Assembly (NCBI GenBank): GCA_051362555.1
Contig: CM120649.1
Location: 16,320,567 to 16,384,566 of the forward strand
Origin: Lingula anatina
Lineage: Eukaryota; Animalia; Brachiopoda
DNA length: 64,000 nt
Direction of reading: 5' to 3'
Below are positions 26,132 through 38,562 of this stretch, in pieces. Within the stretch, counting starts at the first letter, position 1. Each line of letters starts with the position of its first letter. A program made the translations under genes and the position numbers. The notes under the pieces are model-generated. The model saw only the letters and a list, made by a program, of their open reading frames with translations, was not told where the DNA came from and ran no database searches.

Positions 26132-27514
26132 TTATTGGGCGTTCTCCTGAATAAACTGTGCCACCTTCTTGTATGCTTTCTGGCAATTCTCCTTGAAGAA
26201 GCCTGCAGTAGATTGAAAAGAATAATAATAATAAGACATAATAATAACAATACGACATCAGTATTGTATTTTTCATTCTTTCCCTGCAGACAACGATTCA
26301 ACGTTATAAACTGTATGTTGAATTTTTATTGCGATAAAAAAACCATTTATTTTGAACTTGCAGAATCTAAAAACATACAAAAACAAATCATAAACTATAT
26401 GTTTTTGTCGTTTCTTATATTTGACAAAAGTTATGACCGAAAACCTCATGTAAATTAGCACTGTTTTCAAGGTGAGGAGTAACAGTAATAAGGTTACCTG
26501 GCAGCCGGAAGAACGTGTGGACCACTCCCTCCAGGTACAATGTCTCGTTCTTCACGCCCGCCTCTGATAGTTTACTGGCATAAGCTGCAATACACGAATT
26601 CACGAGGTCTGATATAACAATAATGGGATCTATGCAGGGGGTTAACGTTTTTAATGATTGGCCATGGTTCATAATGACCAAGGTTAATTAACTTTAATGC
26701 ATGGTTCTGAACCTTATATCAATACATGTACACAAAGATGTGTCGGCGGTTTAGTATTTTTGGAGCGGTGTTGGGGGGGGGGGGGCTGACCAAAAAATAA
26801 ATGCGATTGGTTCAGGTACTTCTTGACTTTCTATGCGGCCGTGTTACATCATCACTGATAAATGACAGAACGACATTTATTGGGGAAAACGAACATTATA
26901 TGATTCTTTGGCTCTAACATGGTGCTTTGATACAATATGATCATCTAGCCAATCATGTTTGATGTGGCAAAGTTAAATACCCATTGTGTTAGGTGTGACA
27001 ATAAAAATCTCACCCGCACTATCGTCCCTAATAGGATCATGGCTGGCCACAACGAACAGCGTTGGGGGAAGGTGGCCGAACCTTGGCCTTTTTATTGTTG
27101 ATAGTCTTGGATCGCTCCTGTCAGATTCGTCTTTTGTAAACTGTTTTGCGTACCTGCAAGTTAAGTGCTTTTTAGAGTCCTTATTTTAAAATTTTGTAAA
27201 ACGTGTGTTGCTCGATCTATCGAGAATTTTACCCTGAGAGATACCTGACAAAACCAGAATAAGATCGCTTTTTTCTTGAATTTATCATTTTAGTCATTAC
27301 TGATAGAACAGGCTAATAACCAGAGATATCAAGTTTTTTATTCGTCTTTTAAGTAGACTTTTTACCAATATACCTACCAGAGCATGGAAGCCATTGTGAG
27401 GCCATAGCCTTCTGCAAACAGCTGACTGGAGGGGAAGGGGTAGGTGGCATCTACACACGTGTACACCAGGATCTGGAAGAAAGCATGCATACCCAGATAG
27501 TGTGTGCGTGTGTG

Positions 27515-27547
<33 letters not shown>

Positions 27548-29440
27548 GTGTGTGTGTGTGTAAAAGTCGGAGAGGAAGTTAGACAATAAGAGGTCTACCA
27601 TGTACTTCAAATGTGTGCTAAATTACTCTGCACTCCTATGACTAACGGGAATAAGCCAAACAAAACTAAATACATATACCATAAATTTACTCGTAATTAT
27701 TTGATTCAACTTATTATGTCCCTGGTAACGGGAAGTAACTATCTGAATATTGGGGAGTGGGCAAGTTGTGAGGGCGGTTATAGTTACATGCACTACCCCG
27801 GTATTATAGATGAGGGATAATGGAAAGAGATGACGTCATACTACCTGGAAGGCCAGTCCCGTGACGTCATGTGCTACAGATGACGCAATGCGCCCACCAG
27901 CACTATCCCCGCCAATTCCGACTTTACTACTCGGACTGCCACCTGGAGGAAAATAATATTTTATTCACATGTTAAAGAGTTCCTATGTTTTAAACATACC
28001 ATATCTAATAAGTACATGTACACATAATACACTATAGTTCTGAACCCAAAACACTTTATATCTTTATTTCTTTATATCTTAATGCAACGCACAATCAGAG
28101 CTATGCAACGTTCGTTGAATTAAATGAATCATTGGGACAGTTCAAACATAAATCTAAAAGAATCTTACTTTTTGTGTTTAACACAAACATCTATGACTAC
28201 GCTATACTAACCAATGAGTGCCTTGTTGTCCATGGCCCACCTCACGGCCGCTATACCGTCGTCCATAGGGGCAGGAAGTTTATGTTCGGGGGCAAGTCTG
28301 TAGTCCACGTTCACCATCACGCACTTCGACTCTCTGTGTTAAGACGAAGTGGTAGGGCAGTTAAGGGAAGAAGATTTTGTATTTCAGTGTAATTTTTTCC
28401 TAGCTAGGAATGTGTGACGTTGAAAATACGGAATGACCCGACATAGGCAAAATGGTTTTATCGCGAATCTAATTAGGCCCCATTCCAGTAGTCACCATCG
28501 ACTTCGTGGATCGACCCATCCCTGTGGGATTTTTGCTGACTGCAATCAGGTTAGTTGAATGACACGCCTTCTCCTGGGGTGAAGTAAAAAACAGAAAAGC
28601 TGGTGATTACGAGTACGTTAGAAACAAGAGGAGGCATGTCATGCAGTTAAACTGATTGCATTTGGGGAGAGTTGGGTATATCCACGTAGGCCAATGATAT
28701 CTAAAGGAATGGGGTCTAGGAGAGATCCGGTTGTAAGCGCAAAGCTTTTCATTCGTGGTGACAACCATTCTTTTATGATGAATGCGGAAGACGTATAGAT
28801 GTATAGTCTCTACGTGTACGTACGTCGCGACCATCTTGCAGCACGTGTCATGGGTGACCCGGTTCCCGACTGTGAAGCCACCACCGTGGAAATACACGAA
28901 TATAGCCGGGTGTGGCGCCACTGTGCTGGGGATGTACACCCAGACTGGGATACCAGCTGTAACAGAATTAAGCCTGTGTTCTGAGGCACGTTCAGAATGT
29001 CGCAATTTTATTACAACTATATCTGTATCAATATACTCGTATTTTTATCTAAATTTAGGCGGAGAGAGAGAGTGAGAGAGAGAGACGGAGAGAGAGAGAT
29101 CAAATTGGTTTGAATTGAACTTATTTGCAGATGACGACTCGAGCAGCAGACTCTCAAAATGAAGAAGTGCATTCAACGCTGCTTCAACTTTGTACCAACA
29201 CGCTGCGCTCACTGGTAGTGTCCTACCCGAATCGTGCGGCGAAGGGACAATATATTCCCGTCGCTCTCCTTGGTACTCAAAGTCTAACCTGCCATCTGAC
29301 TCGAGGGTGGTCGCCAAAGCTGCTTCCCTGGCTAGTTCCGGGGTTATTTCCTCTTGACGACTGGCACTCTCCTCACTGAGGTACTTCAAGAACGCTTGAG
29401 ACTCGGGATGCAAACTATGGAAATCCGGCGGTAAAGACAT
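26132..29440 (-). CDS. Hormone-sensitive-lipase/GDXG family carboxylesterase (Abhydrolase_3), 8 exons, about 319 aa
   Basis: Exons 29440-29227, 28956-28824 (VYFHGGGF), 28333-28212 (VDYRLAPEH), 27942-27845 (GDSAGG, catalytic Ser), 27472-27378, 27153-27014 (HDPIRDD, Asp), 26584-26498 (GVVHTFF, His) and 26202-26132 (stop). Total 960 nt, in frame, all GT-AG. Confidence 0.92.
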
Positions 29441-30256
29441 GTTGATCAAGAAGAACAGACCCTTTGCCGTAATGTTATCAGCAAGTGTTTAGTTATCGAA
29501 CTGATATTTGAAACCGAACCAACACAGCGATACCGTGACCCATTTAATCAGTTAAGGCACTTGACCTTGTTCTAGATGTAATGAAATTATTACCCTTCCT
29601 CGCTCAGTTATGGGCCATTGCGACAGAGGCGATAAAGCTTCAAGGGTTAATGTCTGCCGCTCTCCCATTTTTTTTCTGGATCACGTTCAGCAATACGCGA
29701 AATCTACCTCTATGCATACAGTTTAAGGTCTTGAATGACATCGTCATTGTTTGAAGAGAATCATGGTTTCGGAGTTACTTTATAAGTTACTATGGCTGCT
29801 TGCCTGGTTGCTTTTAATACAATTTTGTTTATTTGTTTATATTTTATTGACAATTCTGTTTAGCTTTGCCCGTTTGTGTGTTGGAGACAATACCTGGTGT
29901 ACAAATATGGAGTTTGTAAATAAAGCAATTTCCTTCAGCTGACTCAATATAAAAGCAAAGTGTTTCGTAATTTTGGAAGTCGGAAGTAAAGTTTATTTCA
30001 CTGCAGAAAAATATTACAGAGTACAAGTTACTATAAATTAGCTCAAAGATTCATTCACCTGTAATATTTGATAATGGAGAATTCTAAACATAAGCAGCAA
30101 ACAGTCTACAAGAATTTACCGAAATTTTGACGGAACGGCATAAGAAAATTGATTACAAGTATCTAACTTTTTCTACGACAAACAAGTCACGTCTACAAAA
30201 CATCACAGCACACCGAGAAACTTGATCGACGGGACAGACTGTGGAGAAAATGTTAA

Positions 30257-30432
30257 AGGGGGTGCGTCACTTTCTGAGGCCTAAAATGACTAAATGATAG
30301 TGCTTAATCATATGCAGTTGTTATATGGCCAGTTTGATTGCCCCTGTGCAATACGACAGACGAGCGGAGCATCAATAGGATTCTGACGTCACTGGTGCAA
30401 AAATGGCCGGCCACAGAAAGTGACGTCTTCCT
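30257..30432. mobile_element. Kolobok-like MITE (AGG termini, TTAA TSD), 176 bp
   Basis: TTAA|AGGGGGTGCGTCACTTTCTGAGGCC at the left pairs with GGCCACAGAAAGTGACGTCTTCCT|TTAA at the right, an imperfect TIR of about 25 bp. Confidence 0.7.
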
Positions 30433-30702
30433 TTAAGTGAAACATTGCTTTAAAAATACAACATTGTACATCTTATTTCCCATGGTTAGTACATTTATTA
30501 ACAATTCTTCAGATTAAAACAAGAAGCCTCTCATATTAATCATCACTTTAATTTGTGCGGCAAGCGGTAGGAGTATGCACACCCTGGTAGAATTTACTTT
30601 GAAAATTGAACAAGAAATAAAGTCATCAATATTTTCACTAGTTACTTATGGAAGCATAACAAAGACCAACGTTGACTTGTCATAGATACGTCATCGGGTC
30701 GA

Positions 30703-32945
30703 CTATGCGCATATGTCCCCTGTGACGCCGGGAGCACACGTGGTGCTTGGATCGATCGTTTTCAACAAATAATTGAACAGAGCATTTGTCATCTGGCTCT
30801 CCTTCGCAAGGGTGACCTTCCTCACAGCATCCACCCCAGCGCACGTGTTGGGAGCAAACGCCAGCCCGTTCTTGATGGCGTCCCGGATGGAGTACAACGC
30901 CTGCGTGGTAGTGACGTCATATGTTGGGTGTTTCTGGTTGTTTCGAGCTGGCGCAAAGGGGTAGATTCTGTAGCACTTGCGTTTGGGGAAAAGTTTCGCC
31001 TGCATACGGAGGATGTCTAGGATACTGAGCGTTGCGTCAATTGGCGCAATGGTGGACATAATGGCGTCCAAAGAGGCGTCGATCTTCATCTGTTTTGCGA
31101 CATCATCTGCAATCCGTATGAGTTTGGCCAGTTGGTCTTTGTCCGTGGTTCCGAATATGTCTTTCATTGCGTTGTTCAGCTGCAAACGTATGGTAATTGC
31201 TATTAGACATACCGGTAATCAGTCATTGGATATTTTCTTTTTATTTCCAAGATCATTCAAAAAGTTTCAACGACAAAGTAATTTAAGACAAAGGCAACGC
31301 AATCGAGGGCAAAGATACTGAGACGGATAAATGGGTCAATTAACTTTCCGATTACAAATTTGAAGAAAGAAACGATGCTGGCTTCATTTGTTACTTTAAG
31401 CTGCAATGTACATGTAACATGAAACCGTTCTGAAGAGTTTTAATCTAAATCTCTAAAGCATACAATGAGTGTACAAATAATAAGCAAAAAATATATATAA
31501 CGGAGTCATTGTCCGGACAGAGGTGAAATATTAACGTGAGCCCAAAATGAGAAACTTTCAACCCCCAATGTGACTTAATGGCCGATCTTTTCTGAACGGG
31601 TTTTTGTATAACTAAGAGCATGATCACACCATTGATTAAATTAGAAATTTTTTACAGATTATCAAATTGTTTTCTATACAGCGGGCTAACGCTTACTGCA
31701 CAAGTACCCGCATGCCTTCAGGATGGAATATCATAGTGTCTTTTATTTAGGTTAACCTTTATCTATAGTATGCCATTTAAACATGTAATACCTTTGGATA
31801 AAATTCCTCCTGCATGTACTTCAGCTCCCATTTGACGAAGTTGAGCATTATCTTAGCCTTGGCCTCCGAGTAACTACCACCTGTGATGAAATTCACTATG
31901 TTGGTGTTCAACGTGCGGAGCTTGATGCCCAAATCAGGGAAGGCCTCTTTCAGGTCCGCGCCCATGGTCATCACCGACTTCAGAGATCTGGAAATTTCTG
32001 CACGAATCTTTGGCCAGGACTGTAAGGGAAATGGATGAAGGGAAAATTTAAAAAAATGTAGCTGCAGATTTTTGAATTAAAAAAAATACAAAATATCGGA
32101 AATTATTTTGCCAAGGGAAGATCAAGCGTCAATGGAAATAGATAGATAGATAGAAATGGTAAAGGAACGTTATTAGTTAGGAGCATGAAAATTCACGCAG
32201 ACTGTCAGCAGTACTTAGTATGCAAGAAATACGAGGAATTTAAAAAATAAACCAAAATGTGTTCATAAAACCCACTTCTAACAAGTATCTTCCTCGTTTT
32301 CTTACAGCACTGAACAATTCACAATCTGATTGAAATCTTGCGAGACTTTGCGTGACTGGGGTAAGGGTGAACTTACATCATCGATCAATTTACAATCTGA
32401 CTGAACTCTCGCGAGACTTCGCGTGACTGAGGTTTGGGAATTCTGAAGGTCGGACTTGGCCTTCTTCAGCTCGTCTCGATACTTCCTCTGCTTGTCTTTG
32501 TTACTTGAAATTCCGAACCAACCCAAGATATCAGACGCTGGCAGAGGGATAACCATACCGACAATATCGCTGACTTGGTTCTCAAGAAAGTCCAAGATGA
32601 ATCCTTCTACGCCTAACCAAAATATAATAATAATGATAAAAATTATGCAGATGATGATGATGATTTGCATTTAAAGAGTAAATATCAGTATTAATATGAA
32701 AAAACATTGCAATTAGAAATAAAACGTATTCAACTAGATCAGTGTGATGTATTGGTATTGGGAATACCATTCGTATTGGGAAACAAGAAATGATTCAGTG
32801 TAGAGACAGGTGAATAGTCCATTATCTCCATATGTTATAATTTAATTGATACTGGTATTTCAGTAAACGCGTTGAGCTTAATAGTACATGTACATGTATG
32901 TACAACTACATTTTAACGGGAAAAATGCCGAAGTACCGGGGCACA

Positions 32946-32979
<34 letters not shown>

Positions 32980-33948
32980 TGCAATTATAAGATTCATGTA
33001 ATACACTGTCACCGGAGCGATGCATATTTAAGAACAGCTAGAGCGTCATCAAAAGTGCAGTTGTCGCGAGAGGGTGGCCGTGAATTATTTGATATACATG
33101 CTGAGAGAAAGTACTCGCTTTTTACCGAAAAAATCCCAGAAAACCCGGTAAAGCTTATATCACATGCACGATCACTTGACAAATCCAGATACAGGTATGC
33201 GTAGACGGTTAATAAAGATTACAGTGCCAGAACAAGAACTGGCCTACATATATACCTGTGTCAATGTCTGTCTTCAGTTTCTTTAGTTTTTCAAGGGTGC
33301 TCTTTATCTCTGCCATCTCGGCCAAGGGAGTGGACGAGTCGAAGTTGCCATACTGTCCTCTCATCTTGGCCACGAAGATCATCTGATGCACTCGGAATGT
33401 TATCTGCAACATGAATAGAGAGTGATTTGAGCAGAAATGTTCACCTTGCGGCCATTAAGAAACAAATCACGCCATTCTGATGAAGGCCTACGTCCAGGCT
33501 GGTCGCAAGCCAACGAGGGGTAGAATATTTTAAGCTTTTGGTAAATATTTTTTTATAAAAGAAGCTGATTTGTTTAAGAAAAGTGTATTAGAAACTCGCT
33601 TTTCAAAAGTTGACTCAGGCCATGTTGGATATTGTGAAGATTGTCATTTTTTTTCACTTTTTTTATTTTGTATGTACTGTTTTGAAAATACCTTTATTTC
33701 AAGCCAAAAAGATACAGCTTCACGAAGACATTTTTCCTGAAATTTAGTTGACAGGTGTCACATGCTCGGTGATAATAAATGATACAGTATTTGATAACAT
33801 ATATATCGAAAAAGAAGTGTTGTTAAAACCAAAACCTACCTCTTTGTAAAGTTCCACCACTTTGCCGAATTCTGTCTGAATCTCTTTTAGTTTATCACTC
33901 TTAGCTTTGCACCTGTTGTATTCAGAATTACGCAGATTCACTTTCGAT
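30703..33948 (-). CDS. Uncharacterised alpha-helical/coiled-coil protein; five 3' exons (about 400 aa), 5' end unresolved
   Basis: Exons 33948-33840, 33403-33256, 32612-32377, 32019-31792 and 31179-30703 (stop). They are phase-consistent, GT-AG and GC-richer than the flanks. Candidate upstream exons lie at 35860-35765, 36706-36646 (signal-peptide-like MLLYFTFLCVFEISVLFTYW), 37024-36935 and about 37155-37077. Confidence 0.75.
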
Positions 33949-34379
33949 CTATAATGTAAAAGAGAAAGATTTAAATCCTTAAGATAAATCTACATTATAT
34001 AAAGTTACAAAGTTGAATGCTTAAAATATAATAATGCCTTCTAAAATGATCATGTGAATGATGAAAAGAAGACACAATGATTAAAAATGTCATAATAACG
34101 TTTTCTCTTTTAACTTGTAAAATAAAACATTACAGTTGCTCACAACAACGTCGTTAATTCGGTACAAATCCTGGCAACTTCTTCCCGGCAATATAAGTCG
34201 TATAAACTAGTGTAAGTCAACATTTCATTCAGTAGACGATACAAAATTGATATGTGTTAAGACACAGCTTGTCGAACATGCACTGTACTTTAAAGTTTGG
34301 TCACCTTTGTAGCAGTGGACCGATACTTTCGGTGCGTAATATGATTTTCATAGAGGTATTCAGCAAGCACATCACCTTA

Positions 34380-34668
34380 CCCGCACGAAAACGCAGTAGA
34401 TATTCCAGCGCAGTAGACCACTGCAATCATACTGCAGACATGCTTCAAATCTGCTTCGATCTGGGAGCTAATTAGCATATTTGAAACATGCTTCTATCAT
34501 GCTGCTAATCTACTGCATTAATGCTCCTCTCAACCTATGTACAAACCTATGTACTTTTTGGAGTAGAATTGCAGTAGGCTATACTGCATTTCTACTGCAA
34601 ATATGCTCCACACCACTACTGCGTTAATGCTTCTTTCCTACTTCGATACTACTGCATTTTCGTGCGGG
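34380..34668. mobile_element. 289-bp MITE with CCC...GGG termini and TA TSD (EnSpm/CMC-like non-autonomous element)
   Basis: TA|CCCGCACGAAAACGCAGTAG pairs with CTACTGCATTTTCGTGCGGG|TA, a 20-bp TIR with 1 mismatch. Internal CTACTGCA/TGCAGTAG subrepeats are present. Confidence 0.8.
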
Positions 34669-35466
34669 TAGGATCACGTGGCTCGCACGTTGCTACCAGA
34701 CTATAACGTCATAGCAGCGTGCTAGTCACGTGATCTGGACATGACGTGTTTGCTGGGTAGTAATTGAAAAACTGGTACAGATGATGAAAAGTATTTCTTT
34801 TTTGTATTCGGCTCATCACGAATCTTATTGTAAGGAGTGTATTTTTGGAAAAGAAATGTATAAGACCGCCTGTGGCTACGAATAAATTGCTACCGTGTCT
34901 TTACATCTGACATCTGTTTTATTCAGTTTTAACATTTATTCTTTAAAGATAAATTCACCATTGAATAGCTCTCCCTTCAGGCGATGCTCAAAATACGCAC
35001 ACTTACTGCCATTCACTAGGTACGCCACGCATTTTGTATGTATTTCTAGTACTCAGACATATATTAGTATACTTACTGCACGGCCGACTGCAGGGACTTG
35101 ACTTCCTTTTTTAAGTCGCATATCTGAAACGAGTTTGATAAAAAAAAAATCATGTCACAATATCATCATTATGCCAGTACGGATTCCCACTGAATAAGAT
35201 CCAAAATCAAAATTACTGAGCGAAAGTCATTAAATCCCAACTCGAATAAAAAGGGATACCATTAGATACAAAATCAAATTCCCAATGAAAAGAAGTCTTG
35301 TAATATTTCAGACCCTTATACATGTATTGAACAGGTTCCATGTTCGAATAAGATGTCGTGATTATATGTAGGTACTGGTATACTTAATTCAAAACAACTC
35401 AAAAGTACAGTTACATCATTAAAGTAATTCTTTGAGTTTTTATAAGAAATAAAAGACGGGGAATAC

Positions 35467-35498
<32 letters not shown>

Positions 35499-38400
35499 AC
35501 ACACTTTCATTGCACACACACGCACGAACGGACACAAGATTCAGGGTTAGCGTCATCTCTCTAGATTGAGAACCGTAAGTGAACATTAAATGAAACAAAT
35601 TATTCTTCTAATACAGGGTAGCTTCTACCAGTCTACGGAGATGACTTCAACAACGCCTCGCAGCATTAAGCAGAGCATATGTGCGATCTCTCGTTCACTC
35701 TTAATGTGTAAATGTCGTCACCCAAAAGATGAACGGACAGCATAATTATTATCTTTACGTCTACCTTGAATGTTGGCTTGTCAACTGTACCCGCCAACTT
35801 TCACTAACGACCGCGCGTGTCATAACAGTCATCTCCGCTTGGACAGGCATCTTTACAATTCTGTGACAACCATTTTTCAAATTTTCATCATTTGAATTCC
35901 CTCTTACATATTTGCACAGGTCTCGCTTTAACGTATAGAACCATTTCTAAGTCAGACTAATTTGACATCGAGAATGCTCGTTCTCAAGAAAAAAATCTAA
36001 TCCAATAGCTTTAAAATCAGGGCTGCCAAAAACATATAATGGACATTGCTGACAGCATTTCTAATTTCTAGCTGAAAGTTCCTACGTACGCCAAGTATTA
36101 ATAAAAACCTCTGACCAGAAATTCCCTTGAACTATACCCTATGTCAGACAAAATCCAACTTTGGGCTCCCTCCAATTTGACACTACCATTTGCCTTTAAT
36201 ATCACTTAAGCTAAGCGCTGACAGACGCAGATTATATATCTTTATTTTAGTAAACCGTGAAGTAAAAGTCACAATTCAGCTTATCTTGCGGGACACCCTT
36301 TTTTTTTTACTTCAGGGCTACGCCCTGTTCTAGTATAACAGCCTGCTTTAGCGAGAGATAATATATATATTATTTTAAACAATGATATCTCCAGCATCTT
36401 TGAGAGGGAAGATGGATACAGAACTTGATTAAATTACGCAAACGTTTCATCTTTATTTTTGTGTCCAGTGGCTTTAAGTTTACTCGTATTTTCCATCTTT
36501 GTATCTTTACTCTCTTCCTTTCATACATCCGTGACCAGTATGTAGTGACACTAGAGGCAGGATGATGGTTTACTCTATTTTTTATTGAAAGCTAGATGTT
36601 TTGATATTATTTTTATAGACACTTGTTTTATGAAACAAGACTTACACCAGTAAGTAAACAGAACTGAAATCTCGAAAACGCAGAGGAAGGTGAAATAGAG
36701 AAGCATTTATAAGCTAGTATACTAGTAATTCAATTTAAACCTCTGAGAAAAAACGCCAGAACTGGCACCTTCATTCAGCGTCAAATGAACAAGAAGGGGT
36801 TCAGTAGAAAAACATATCATTTTTTTCGCTTATCCTTCCAATATAACTCTTTTCTTCCTACTTGTTTTCCCTCTACCGCTCTTCCTCATTTAATTTAACT
36901 GATTGAACTAATCATTTCAAGGGACCAAACTTACCTCAGTGTAATCCGGATAATCGGGACATTTGGATGTAACTTTCTGGATAACACTTGTAATAATTTT
37001 GGGAACGAAACTACTAACCAACCCTGAAAGAAAACAATGCAACACTTAAACAGTTCAAACAAAAAAAAAAACTTACCTCCGTAAAATCTGGATAATCGGG
37101 GCATTTTGAGGTAATTCTGTGACGAGAGACGCATGTCTTTTCTAAGATTTCTGGTCTATACTCATCTATTTTAGGTGCTTAAACTCCATCTATAAACGAA
37201 ATAGGCTGATATTTTAGGCTAAAATTCTAGACAATTTTTCGAGCTAAAGTTCTTTTGTGACGCATGCATCTGGTAAAGGAGCAGACGTAGAATTCAGCAT
37301 AAAATATATTATTTATACTTACATGCCTCCGAGCTGGCATTCAGGGCCAGGACTACCAACAGAAATACACCTAACTTGCACGACATTGTGGCACGATTGC
37401 GCCAAATTGATAAACGACCTGTAATATATTTTAATATATATCTTAAAAAAGGGGGTTGAGGACTATAAGCTTAGGGAGATAAATTAGGACGAAACTTTTA
37501 TTTTCAAAGGATCCCGTTATTTTAACTATTGTATTTAGCTGGCATATAAATGTTATAACTGTTCTAAGATACGACATCTGGAAAAGCAAACTAAAACTAT
37601 CTAATAAAGATATCACAAAAATGAGAAAAATGCTTATTTTGTGCTGTACACTGATATTCGTGTGAATTGGTGGCACTTTACTTCGTCACAATTTGTCAAA
37701 CCCAACGGAAATCCCACAGATAAAAAAGCATAAGAACCACACCTTTTGTATTAGTTAATTCCCAAAGAATATTTGATATTTACTGTCCAGTTTGATTTCT
37801 CCGTTTCTATTTGTATATCTGGAATATGCTGATTGAAGCAAATACACTCACCTGTGTATCCTTACCAAAAGATGAATGAAAAAAAATCGACGTCGTAGAT
37901 GCTTGGCGGTCTCTTACAATTTCACCTTATTCTCACTTTCTATATGGCACCTTTCTTTTATAACTGTGCCAGCGTTCCGCTTGGCTTAGATTTAGCTCTG
38001 TTCATGTCCCGAATCGTGACAAAAGGTAAACAAACCGGATCCTTCGGCATTATAGGCATTATAGGTTGGTAATTATGCCGTTATGTGAACGCCCGTAGTG
38101 TTTACACCCCCGTGTGATAAGGGTGTTTGTGTACCAAGGCAACCATGTGCGTTTTACAGATGCAAGAGAAGGGGCGGGGGTATATGGAAATGAGTTTTGA
38201 GATTAGCTAGCGTTATTTGATTTACATACGCAATGTTTGAACTATTTAATCGTTAGAAAAAAAAGAAAAATTGTTCGAGATCACCGCTGAGAAATTATCA
38301 AAAGAAATGGTTTATAAATTTCGCTTATCCAAAACAAAAGGAAAAAACAGTAATGGTGCATCTGACATTACGCATCAAGAAAGAGTATCAAAAACAGGAT

Positions 38401-38527
38401 TAAAATCCGGTACCAACAAGTATTATGTGCCATTAATTCACCCCACTTACTTTTGATAACAGATTTTCTAATTTAATATTCAGAAATAACTCTTTTACTT
38501 GACATGACGAACGAATTATTCTTCAAC

Positions 38528-38562
<35 letters not shown>

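Noticed and set aside
18944-29440. Idea that the adjacent esterase is the catalytic partner of the COLQ-like protein (an esterase-anchor gene pair)
   Set aside because: The esterase is HSL/GDXG family (HGGG, GDSAG), not a cholinesterase. It has no signal peptide and no Trp-rich WAT tail, so adjacency is probably incidental.
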